Part shown: positions 17,633 to 26,110 of the stretch, in pieces | How the letters are laid out: every line of letters starts with the position of its first letter | Numbering within the stretch: the stretch's first letter is position 1 | Source of the DNA: a virus | Lineage: Duplodnaviria > Caudoviricetes | Length of the DNA: 58,414 nt | Virus record (IMG/VR): IMGVR_UViG_3300032304_001218 | Span: 1 to 58,414 of that record | Reading direction: 5' to 3' (one strand) | The notes under the pieces: model-generated | Database searches by the model: none | What the model was told of the DNA's origin: nothing | The model's input: the letters and a program-made list of their open reading frames with translations, nothing else | Made by a program: the position numbers and the translations under genes

Positions 17633-18459
17633 GCTATTTCCTCTAAAATATGGGTCAGCTCTCTGTCAATTTTATTTTTTTCCACATAGTGAACTATGTC
17701 ATTCTGTTGATAATTACCTATTTTCAATTGACCTTTTTTATTGAGATAGAAACCAACATGATCACTCCATTTATTAGCCGGCCACGGCCAATTCTGTACA
17801 AGGGGTTTCATATGTACCAGTCTCGGAAATTCTAATGGATAGGCAATGTCATCTGTTATGTCTAGTATTTGTGCAGCTAGAGCAAATGCTTCGTCCGTGC
17901 CCATAATTTTTGGTTTATGTGCTGTTAGAAAAATATTTGCAAACTCCACCGGATTCTGTATGATATCTCTGCCAAGATCAAAGAAATGTTTGGCTAGTGT
18001 TGTATCTTTACGAAAAAAAGTCCACATAGAATATAGGTCGGGCAAATTATTCGCATCAAAAGTTTTTCTATAACTTCGATCAGTTACTATATCACCTCTG
18101 TATGTATAGACCTTATTGGCCACATACAAGTCACAATTTTCGACGAAATAATCTATCCAGTGGCTATAATCTCTGGTAAACAACATATCAACGTCTAAAC
18201 AAACTGTACATTCAAAGGGAGATAACCGATCCATCCAAGATCTGCCATTCCAAAATGTCTGCTCATCCCAAGCGATTACATGATCAAAAACCCAAGGACT
18301 GTTTAATTCGTTGATTTTTTCTACATCATCTATTACCAGTGCTACTTTGTCGTATCCTGGTTTTTGTGTATTTTTTATACTGAGAGCAAGACCGTATGCC
18401 AGTTGCAGATAGTCAACAGTGTCACTGTGTGATACGATAAGCAAATAGCCAAAATTCAT
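17620..18459 (-). CDS. GT-A fold (GT8-like) glycosyltransferase
   Basis: LSPFECTVCLDVDMLF DxD motif, GTDEAFALA and LVHMKP, resembling GT8-family motifs. Confidence 0.6.
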   Translation of the reverse strand: MNFGYLLIVSHSDTVDYLQLAYGLALSIKNTQKPGYDKVALVIDDVEKINELNSPWVFDHVIAWDEQTFWNGRSWMDRLSPFECTVCLDVDMLFTRDYSHWIDYFVENCDLYVANKVYTYRGDIVTDRSYRKTFDANNLPDLYSMWTFFRKDTTLAKHFFDLGRDIIQNPVEFANIFLTAHKPKIMGTDEAFALAAQILDITDDIAYPLEFPRLVHMKPLVQNWPWPANKWSDHVGFYLNKKGQLKIGNYQQNDIVHYVEKNKIDRELTHILEEIAWKQ

Positions 18460-19316
18460 ATCATCTCCAATAATTGCTGTTGATTTCTAATAATACTCTG
18501 TTTGTTCATGATATGGATATCGACTCCAGATATTGCAGCAGCACAATAATTGTTGTCTAACTTATGATCTATCAGAAATGTTAAACGTTGATCATTTACT
18601 TCATATAGAATATCTCTATCGAGTGCAGATAAAATCGGTGGTAATATTCCTAGACTAGATTCGACATATCCATCTAATATGTGTTTGCTCACACTAAAAG
18701 CAATGTCATTTCGAAATTGCCGATGGTCAAATCTAAACACATCGGCGTAGTGTCTATAGTTTTCTTTAACATGATTAACTGTGTCAAAAAATAATCGTGT
18801 ATTTTCATTCTTTGTGAACATCACCGTAGTGGCCCAATATAATTTCACACCAGTGTCCGAAACATGTCTATCAAGATATTTCATTCTATCTTGGCTGTAA
18901 ATATCATTTATAGATTCACCTATCAATAAATCGCAGTCTATGTTCCAGTATTTGTTAAGAACATCGGAAAATATTAAAAAGTCACTGTCTATCAATAGAG
19001 TCCTATCATATGGGGTCAGACTCCAAGCAGTGTCTCTATTGACATTCACGAATGGTACTGTGCTGCTGTTTTCACCATCAAACAGTCGCCTTTGATTGTC
19101 AGTAATAGGTCGGTCAGCCACAATGATGTTTTCAAAAACTTTTTCAGCTAGATGAAATATTTGAGACTGTTTCATCCATGATATAGTAGAATCATCAGTG
19201 ACTAATGAAACCGGCATAGACAAATGTTTTTTAGCCAGACCCGCGCTGATCACTGACAATAGAGCATAGTCAACTGCGCGGGTATTATGGGCGTATATTA
19301 ATATCCCTTGTTTCAT
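18456..19316 (-). CDS. GT-A fold (GT8-like) glycosyltransferase, paralogue of 17620..18459
   Basis: LTPYDRTLLIDSDFLIF DxD motif, FRNDIAFSVS and DIHIMNK. Confidence 0.6.
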   Translation of the reverse strand: MKQGILIYAHNTRAVDYALLSVISAGLAKKHLSMPVSLVTDDSTISWMKQSQIFHLAEKVFENIIVADRPITDNQRRLFDGENSSTVPFVNVNRDTAWSLTPYDRTLLIDSDFLIFSDVLNKYWNIDCDLLIGESINDIYSQDRMKYLDRHVSDTGVKLYWATTVMFTKNENTRLFFDTVNHVKENYRHYADVFRFDHRQFRNDIAFSVSKHILDGYVESSLGILPPILSALDRDILYEVNDQRLTFLIDHKLDNNYCAAAISGVDIHIMNKQSIIRNQQQLLEMI

Positions 19317-19663
19317 GTATCTAATAATTTTTCTACAGATCTACTCTTTTTGATATTTTGATAATGTTCAAAATATTCATTGGTTACTTGAAAGTATCTA
19401 TCAAATACTTGATCACGGAACACTGTGAGATCGTCAATGAGTATAGGATTTTGATTGATATCCAATAATACCACTGAATGTATTCTGCCCTTATTGATCA
19501 AGATTTCTACAAAAGTTAACAGATCTCTGTCTATGCGAAAGATACCGCCGTTAGTGCCATACGTGAGATTAGCTTCTGAACGTTCTTTGAGAGTTTTTTT
19601 CTGAATAGAAAAAGTCTGTTGATAATTAGCAAAATCCAAAGCTTTAGCAAAGTGTTCTTGCAT
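19313..19663 (-). CDS. Hypothetical protein, first gene of the GT/radical SAM cluster
   Basis: 116-aa ORF with an AGGAG RBS 5 nt before the ATG. Confidence 0.7.
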   Translation of the reverse strand: MQEHFAKALDFANYQQTFSIQKKTLKERSEANLTYGTNGGIFRIDRDLLTFVEILINKGRIHSVVLLDINQNPILIDDLTVFRDQVFDRYFQVTNEYFEHYQNIKKSRSVEKLLDT

Positions 19664-19672
19664 GCGGTCTCC

Positions 19673-19698
19673 TAAATAAACTGTGCAGTTTATTTATT
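19673..19698 (-). promoter_or_regulatory. Late promoter (AATAAATA) embedded in a perfect 11-bp inverted repeat abutting the RBS
   Basis: Plus strand reads TAAATAAACTG-TG-CAGTTTATTTA (19673-19696). Minus-strand AATAAATA is at 19698-19691, and the arm ends on the first A of AGGAG. Confidence 0.65.
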
Positions 19699-19720
19699 AG
19701 TTAGAGTTTGCTGGGGGAAA

Positions 19721-20701
19721 TTAACTGCCAGTAACCGCGCCGACAGCTATTGTAGGGTTAGTGACTGTGAATACTGTACTGCTGGGAACCATTATACCTG
19801 TGGCAAACAATGTGGATACAGACACCGTTAATGTGCCGTCAACAAAATCTTCCGGAGGTATAGTCGAGGGTGAATGCGGTCCTGTGGCAGGATCCACATA
19901 ACCGTCGTTCCACAACACACGAATTTCTCCAGAAAGAGCAGTTCCTGTGCTATTGTTAGTTACACCGCCTGTACATCTAGCCTGTAGTTGCCAGTTGTTT
20001 GAACCGTATGGACTAGAAGCTGTGGCTGTATAATATGTTTGAAATGCGTCTGTAACTCGATACCAATTTAAACCGTTACTAGGAGATGTACCGGTGCCTG
20101 GATTATTGCCGCCAAAACTCTGTGTACCTGCTGAACTCAACAATGAGGTCCATGCAGTATTTTGATTTGATGTTACACCTCCGCTTCTTGACGAAGAAAT
20201 TCGTATCTGTCCACCACTGTTAAAAAAATATCTTGCGGCATTCGCAGTTGGAAATGAAAAAGTTACAGTGCAAGAACTTTGTGTAATCCATGAACCAGTT
20301 CTTGATTGCGACACAGCAGCGGTTGTGCCACTTTCTCCTGCGGCCACTAAGAATCTAGTTGTGGTGATATTATTTGCCCAATCATCATACTGTTTCTGCG
20401 GTACATCCAGTGTACCGGTGTCAGGAGTGAACGATGTTGTGTATCTGATGGTACGGCCCTCGGCTACCTGTGCTGTGGTGGGATTAACACCGTTGATATG
20501 CTTGTAAGCATTGATAATGTCAAATCTAAGATTTGCCCACTCATTGATAGTGACTTTTTGACCTTCGGCGACAGCTGTAGAGACTATCCTGGCTTGTTGT
20601 CCATATCCAAAGTTTGCACTGCCGTCACCTAACACAGCAACTATCTTGTTTCTGATATCGTTGTAATCCGCTTGTATAATTTTACTATTGACAGCTGGCA
20701 T
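19721..20701 (-). CDS. Putative virion structural protein (Thr/Ser/Gly-rich), paralogue of 20718..21614
   Basis: Shares FGYGQ, W..LRFDIIN and ARYFFNSGGQIRI motifs with its neighbour; lies in the tail module behind a late promoter. Confidence 0.6.
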   Translation of the reverse strand: MPAVNSKIIQADYNDIRNKIVAVLGDGSANFGYGQQARIVSTAVAEGQKVTINEWANLRFDIINAYKHINGVNPTTAQVAEGRTIRYTTSFTPDTGTLDVPQKQYDDWANNITTTRFLVAAGESGTTAAVSQSRTGSWITQSSCTVTFSFPTANAARYFFNSGGQIRISSSRSGGVTSNQNTAWTSLLSSAGTQSFGGNNPGTGTSPSNGLNWYRVTDAFQTYYTATASSPYGSNNWQLQARCTGGVTNNSTGTALSGEIRVLWNDGYVDPATGPHSPSTIPPEDFVDGTLTVSVSTLFATGIMVPSSTVFTVTNPTIAVGAVTGS

Positions 20702-20706
20702 AGGGT

Positions 20707-20714
20707 TATTTATT
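20707..20714 (-). promoter_or_regulatory. T4-like late promoter (AATAAATA)
   Basis: TAAATA core 5 nt upstream of ATG 20701, in a 16-bp gap with no SD. Confidence 0.6.
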
Positions 20715-20717
20715 CAA

Positions 20718-21614
20718 TCACGAGGCTGTGACTACACTGAATGAATAGCTAGGACTAACCACTGCGAAAGTACCGCTGGGTTGTAAAAGTCCTGAAGCTT
20801 TGAGTTCTGATGCAGTGATAGTTAATGTTCCGTTGACAAGATCTCCGGGCGCTGGAGCACCGGGATCAATGTAGCCGTCGGTAAGTGTTACTCTTAAAAA
20901 CAACTGCGTGGCTGTGCCTGTAGAATTATTAGGCACGTTAGTCCGTGCTTCTAGTCGGTAATTATTAGCGGAGTACTGGTATGCCGCACTAACAGAAACT
21001 TGATCATAGGTTTGAAAATTGTTAGTGAGAGTATAATAATTAACAACTCCTGTGTCAGCTCCAAACGATCGTGTGCCTACGCTGGCTAAGAAATTAGTCC
21101 AGGTATTGATTTGTAGAGTAGACGAACCTCCACTCAGGGAGGTAGTGAATCGTATTTTACCGCCGCTGTTGAAAAAATATCTAGCTTCATCACTGGTTGA
21201 GAATGTAACTGTTAAAGTGGCTGTCAACGATGTAGACCACGGTGTTGTGTGTGTTTGACTGGCAGCAGTACTCACAACTGATTGACTGCCTGCTACTTGA
21301 AAGCGATTGGTTATAGCTGTTTCTAATAATGTATCGTAATTGCTGTTGGGCGAACTTGCTCCAAATCCGATAGGATCACCTACATTTACAGTGATTATGT
21401 CGGGTAATACTCCATCTTGATGAAACTTAATATTGATAATGTCAAATTTTAGTAAATCCCATTGTGCTTTGGTTATAATATTTCCGGTGAATACATCGGA
21501 ACTTTGCACAGTCTGCCCATAACCTCTAGTCCCTGAGCCAGTGCCAATCAAGGACTGAGCCTTGTTCTGTATGGTCACATACTCTGCTGAAGCGATGCTA
21601 GTCCCTATAGCCAT
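20718..21614 (-). CDS. Putative virion structural protein (Thr/Ser-rich)
   Basis: RGYGQ, WDLLKFDIIN and ARYFFNSGGKIRF; beta-rich composition. Confidence 0.6.
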   Translation of the reverse strand: MAIGTSIASAEYVTIQNKAQSLIGTGSGTRGYGQTVQSSDVFTGNIITKAQWDLLKFDIINIKFHQDGVLPDIITVNVGDPIGFGASSPNSNYDTLLETAITNRFQVAGSQSVVSTAASQTHTTPWSTSLTATLTVTFSTSDEARYFFNSGGKIRFTTSLSGGSSTLQINTWTNFLASVGTRSFGADTGVVNYYTLTNNFQTYDQVSVSAAYQYSANNYRLEARTNVPNNSTGTATQLFLRVTLTDGYIDPGAPAPGDLVNGTLTITASELKASGLLQPSGTFAVVSPSYSFSVVTAS

Positions 21615-23416
21615 TACAGCACCAACGCTTCGATTAGTTTTACACCTTCATCATCGCTGGTTTCAAGAGCGACAGCAAACACTCTGTTAGAATCTAAAGG
21701 TGCCATCATAGCACATCCGTTGTCTGCGGCAATTAAATCTTGCCCTTTTTTAATTTGACCAATAACCTTAACTGGAACTCGGCCTTTGAGAGCAACATAT
21801 ACACCGCCTTCGAGATCTTTATTCATCATGAATGCAGGATTATCGCTGATAACTCCTATAGCACGTTGATTTTGCGAACACGCAGTGATTTCTTTTTCTC
21901 CGCCGATCACTACAACTGTGCCAACATCATACAACTGATCTGGAAGATATTTTTCAGCTAGATCTGCGTATCTTGCTGCTGTGGCTGTACCATTGAAGAT
22001 GTTTGCTGTGACATTAGCACTGACATCTCTAGCAACAATACTGTATGCTGTAGCCGTTAACCGTGCTGTTCGGTATTGTGTACTGGGTGTGCCGTCTGCC
22101 CATGTTGGGTCTACTCTGGCATTTGTTCTATCGATGAAAGTTCTGTCTACATTATCAGCTATACCAATAAATTGATTAGCTACAAGATTACCACTGCTGT
22201 TACGTATGGCCACTGTGGCCACTGCTGAACCTGGAACTGTAGCACTGCTGTCTAAACCGTTTAACTGACCTGCATTAGCAGCAGTGCTAGATGATCCAAT
22301 CACTGCTCCTGTGAGTGTTCCTACTATGTTAGCTCCGGCAAATCCAATTTGTTTAGTGGTAGCATTAATGATCACATCGTTGTCATTGGCTAAGACATTG
22401 CCTTTGTGACTACCAGTGGTATTGCCTGTGACTGCACCTACCAAAGAACCGGTGAAAGTATTAGCATACACATTGCTCCATGCTAGTGCAGGTGTGCCAA
22501 GAGCGTAGGTATTTGTATCACCTGGGGTGACTCCAGTAGGTGTTAAAATAGCTATATCCCGCTCGTCTGTGGTTTCTGTTACTGTGATTCTGAACGTGAT
22601 GTTATTTCCTAAGCGATTTTCTACGATCACCTCATCCCCATTTTCTACTCTAATTCGAAGATCGTTGCCGTCACCTACTTGAAATCCAGGATCGTTGAAG
22701 TCTACTTCAGATGTGAATGACGTTTCACCGAGCTTAAGATACTGATCACTGGTGAATCCGCCTAGTTTATCTGCATTTGATGCAGTGCCCCAAAATTTAA
22801 AATCGTCTGAACTTACACCTGTTTGAGACTTGGCCAGTGTAATACCTTTCTTAATTACCGTAAAATCATCAATGGGATTTTTAGTATTGTCAAGAGTAAA
22901 TGCTATTTTGCTGGCTATGGCAACAGTTTTGTCGTCTGTGATCACTTTAAGTATAGTGTGTGGACCTTCGGCAGTGGTCAATGTGCCATATACCACTGCT
23001 GCAGAAATAATACTGTTGCCTAAATCGGGACTAGCTATCGGGCCTACTAGCGTAAACTCGGTGCCTGTATAAGCATACAACTGTTTTGCACCGGTGTCCC
23101 ACCAAAAATCACCTGTGGATAGTCCACTGGGTGCCGATGCGCTGGCTTCAGCTCCGCTGGCTACTTTGAATCGTGTGCCATCATAATATTTTAATTTCTT
23201 AGTAGAAGTGTCAAACCAAATCTGACCTGTGATGGATTTTGGAGGTGCTGTGGTATTTGCAAAATTTTCCAGTAGATGAACAAAATTTTCATTCTGCACT
23301 TCACCGTAGCCTGCGTAATTTTTACCCACTAATCGTAAATCAGTAGTGGTATCAATTGTACCATCTGCTACTGATGTTAAAAATGCCCCGCTAAATTTAT
23401 TAACTTCGTATGACAT
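21614..23416 (-). CDS. Tail fibre/spike-like protein with C-terminal intramolecular-chaperone (peptidase G2-like) domain
   Basis: Shared N-terminal LVGKNYAGYGEVQNENFVHLLENFA domain; C-terminal YADLAEKY...GVISDNPAF...VALKGRVPVKV. Confidence 0.65.
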   Translation of the reverse strand: MSYEVNKFSGAFLTSVADGTIDTTTDLRLVGKNYAGYGEVQNENFVHLLENFANTTAPPKSITGQIWFDTSTKKLKYYDGTRFKVASGAEASASAPSGLSTGDFWWDTGAKQLYAYTGTEFTLVGPIASPDLGNSIISAAVVYGTLTTAEGPHTILKVITDDKTVAIASKIAFTLDNTKNPIDDFTVIKKGITLAKSQTGVSSDDFKFWGTASNADKLGGFTSDQYLKLGETSFTSEVDFNDPGFQVGDGNDLRIRVENGDEVIVENRLGNNITFRITVTETTDERDIAILTPTGVTPGDTNTYALGTPALAWSNVYANTFTGSLVGAVTGNTTGSHKGNVLANDNDVIINATTKQIGFAGANIVGTLTGAVIGSSSTAANAGQLNGLDSSATVPGSAVATVAIRNSSGNLVANQFIGIADNVDRTFIDRTNARVDPTWADGTPSTQYRTARLTATAYSIVARDVSANVTANIFNGTATAARYADLAEKYLPDQLYDVGTVVVIGGEKEITACSQNQRAIGVISDNPAFMMNKDLEGGVYVALKGRVPVKVIGQIKKGQDLIAADNGCAMMAPLDSNRVFAVALETSDDEGVKLIEALVL

Positions 23417-23440
23417 GCTGTAATATTCCTAGTATGTTGT

Positions 23441-23448
23441 TATTTATG
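23441..23448 (-). promoter_or_regulatory. T4-like late promoter (CATAAATA)
   Basis: TAAATA core in the gap upstream of 23416, followed by an AGGA RBS. Confidence 0.6.
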
Positions 23449-23805
23449 CTATATTATTCTTGCAGCAGCGGCCTGTCTTTGTTGCTCAAGTTGCAGATAT
23501 TCTGCATCTGTTAAACTTGTGGTGATATTCAATGCTTTCTGTCTGATATGTCTTAAAACTTTCCAATCTGTGCTATTTAAAAATTCACGGTCTTGTCCGT
23601 TGGCAACATCTACAACTCGTTGTGCTGTAACTCCCGCTGCGACCGCAGAAACAGATCTACTAGATACATCAAAATAATGAGTTTGTGCTGCTATTTGGGT
23701 AGCTTGTGCATCTGAAATTTCTACCACTGAAACAGAACTTGGTACATTAGGTTCATAACTTAATACACTAACTACTAGATTATTTTCTATACAAACATAA
23801 TGCAT
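23449..23805 (-). CDS. Putative tail fibre assembly chaperone (Tfa-like)
   Basis: Small ORF after a fibre gene, with REFLNSTDWKVLRH...QRQAA resembling Tfa C-termini. GGAG precedes ATG 23805. Confidence 0.5.
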   Translation of the reverse strand: MHYVCIENNLVVSVLSYEPNVPSSVSVVEISDAQATQIAAQTHYFDVSSRSVSAVAAGVTAQRVVDVANGQDREFLNSTDWKVLRHIRQKALNITTSLTDAEYLQLEQQRQAAAARII

Positions 23806-23807
23806 GA

Positions 23808-26090
23808 TTAACTCCAAATGACCAAATAATTTGCTGCTGGGGTGCTTCGCTGTTCTGTGTTCTGAACATATACCCTGATCCTATCACTGAGATAAGAATA
23901 AGTACATCTAATTGAATCATTGCCGTCAACACCACCTGCATAATGAACCACGTGAATCGACGGTATAAATGCCACAATATTTGCCATGCTTTTTCCTGCC
24001 GGAGGAAATACGTCAAAAAAGTTTGCATTATCGTTGAATGATCCAACTTGATTAGTAAATCCTGATGTGCTGTATTGTGCGCCACTGATAATGGTGTACT
24101 GAGGTAGCCTGCTATCTACATATGTTTTAGTAGCAGCGTGATTTGCGTTCACTGGGGCGCCGACCAATGTTAGGTACCCAGTCATAGTGCTGCCTGCTAA
24201 TGCTACTTTGGTAGCATCGGTGGCAGTAATTGTTATGTCTTGTGTGCCATTGAATGATACCCCGTTAATTGTTCTTGCAGTTTGTAACTGAGTTGCTGAT
24301 CCTGCATTTCCAGAAACTGTACCTGTAACTGTACCTACAAGATTAGCTGTGATAGTTCCTGCTTCAAAATTGCCGCTGGCATCACGTGCAACAACTTTAC
24401 TAGCAGTGTTGGTTGTTGTAGCATCTACTGATAATGTGACCGCAACTGTGCTGTTATAAGAGGCCACAGTACCACTGGTAGATGTGTTGACCATGTTGAC
24501 ATAACTGCCTTTGGTTAATTGTTCCGTAGATAATGCATCCCAGACAATAGTTCCAGCCTGTGCCTTCAACACATATCCGGCTGTGCCTAATCCTAACATG
24601 GCAGTTGTACCAGCCGCTGTTTGATAAGGAATAGAACCAGCTCCACCACCTACAAGATTAGTTGCTGTGGTTGCTAGGGTAGCTGTGTCTGCATTTCCTA
24701 TAAAATTATTAGCATATATGCTATTAAATTTATATCCTGTTATACCAAGATTAGTTGTGTTGTCGCCTATGATAGCAGGAGCGTTTGGTCCACCAAGGCC
24801 CAGCGAAGTTGCAGAATCAACAAAGTTAACATCCGGCCCACTTGTGCCCATATCAAAATTTAAACGTCCTGTAGCAGATCTAATTGTTGGTGTGCCAGAA
24901 TCAACAAATAATCTAAGTTGGCTACCGCTGCCTACAGTGACCCCATTGTCTGCGACATTCAACGAATTTAATGTCCCTACTTGGTTAAGAGATGAAAGTG
25001 TTATACCACTGTTTAGAGTCGTACCAGTAAGGGTAATTGCGGCTGCGGTGACTGTGATATTATTAGTGCCATCAAAGTTTACGCCGTTAATAGTTCTTGC
25101 TGTGGCTAATCTAGTAGCTGTGGATGCATTGCCGCTGAGTTGAGCGCCGACAAATTGATTAGCCTGTACAGTATTAAACACACTGATACCACTATTAGCA
25201 GTAACATTACCTGTAAGGTCGCCAACAAAAGTTGCGCTGATAGTGCCAGCTGAAAATCCACCTTCTGAATTTCGTGCAACTACCTTACCTATACTGTTAG
25301 AAGATGTCGCATCAACACTCCAAGTGATTTCTGAACTGCCATCAAAATCTGAGCCGAGAATATAGGTGCCTTTTTTAAGATGATTTGTTGTAGAACTTTT
25401 GACAGTGATGTTTACGTCGCCGGTAAACGGGACTCCATTGATTAACCTTGCGGTCTGCAATTGAGTGGCTGTGGCTGCATTACCTGTGATACTGCCATTG
25501 ATTTTAGCTGTAGAGGATAAGTTTATACCGACTTGTAAATTGTTTTCAAATCCTGCAACACTGTTATTGCTGTTAATTACGAAAGCTGAACTGGTACATA
25601 TAGCCAAAGGAACACCGTTGGTTTCTAAAAATATCACAGGCCGAGCAGTACCGTTGATGTCATTTATAGTCGCCGATCTTGCTTTAGTAGAAAGGAATCC
25701 TTCCACCGACTCGGGACCTATCAATCTCCACTCTGTGCCAGTGTATACATATAATTGATTAATTGGAGCTTTTAACCATAAGGCCCCTGCATTGGTATTA
25801 GGCGGTTCAGTGACACTGACTGTGGCCGAACCAATAGGGTTCCACTGTATGCTGTCATATACATAGGCAGTATCGTTTGTGGTGTTGAACCAAATCTGTC
25901 CGGTAATTGGTCTCGAAGGAGCCGCTGCGTTTGCAAAGTTTTCTAAGAGAAACACAAAATTTTCATTCTGTGTTTCACCATAACCCACATAGTTTCGACC
26001 CACTAACCCTATACTGGTAGAAGTATCTATGGTACCATCTTCTAACACTACAAGCTGTGTGCCGTTAAATCGGTTAATAATATACGACAT
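23808..26090 (-). CDS. Tail fibre protein
   Basis: Shared N-terminal domain, three copies of the fibre repeat AT(Q/R)L(Q/A)TAR(T/L)INGVxFxGxxxIT, and HAATKTYVD. Confidence 0.75.
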   Translation of the reverse strand: MSYIINRFNGTQLVVLEDGTIDTSTSIGLVGRNYVGYGETQNENFVFLLENFANAAAPSRPITGQIWFNTTNDTAYVYDSIQWNPIGSATVSVTEPPNTNAGALWLKAPINQLYVYTGTEWRLIGPESVEGFLSTKARSATINDINGTARPVIFLETNGVPLAICTSSAFVINSNNSVAGFENNLQVGINLSSTAKINGSITGNAATATQLQTARLINGVPFTGDVNITVKSSTTNHLKKGTYILGSDFDGSSEITWSVDATSSNSIGKVVARNSEGGFSAGTISATFVGDLTGNVTANSGISVFNTVQANQFVGAQLSGNASTATRLATARTINGVNFDGTNNITVTAAAITLTGTTLNSGITLSSLNQVGTLNSLNVADNGVTVGSGSQLRLFVDSGTPTIRSATGRLNFDMGTSGPDVNFVDSATSLGLGGPNAPAIIGDNTTNLGITGYKFNSIYANNFIGNADTATLATTATNLVGGGAGSIPYQTAAGTTAMLGLGTAGYVLKAQAGTIVWDALSTEQLTKGSYVNMVNTSTSGTVASYNSTVAVTLSVDATTTNTASKVVARDASGNFEAGTITANLVGTVTGTVSGNAGSATQLQTARTINGVSFNGTQDITITATDATKVALAGSTMTGYLTLVGAPVNANHAATKTYVDSRLPQYTIISGAQYSTSGFTNQVGSFNDNANFFDVFPPAGKSMANIVAFIPSIHVVHYAGGVDGNDSIRCTYSYLSDRIRVYVQNTEQRSTPAANYLVIWS

Positions 26091-26110
26091 TTAATTCGCT
26101 CCTAGTTCTA

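Noticed and set aside
14459-19316. T4-type DNA alpha/beta-glucosyltransferases
   Set aside because: Those are GT-B enzymes. These ORFs have DxD GT-A-like motifs, lie in the late structural block, and no hydroxymethylase gene is in the window. DNA as target is not fully excluded.
23808-26090. Diversity-generating retroelement target or DNA repeat array in the fibre gene
   Set aside because: The repeats are protein-level fibre motifs with synonymous divergence. I saw no reverse transcriptase or adenine-specific TR/VR pair.
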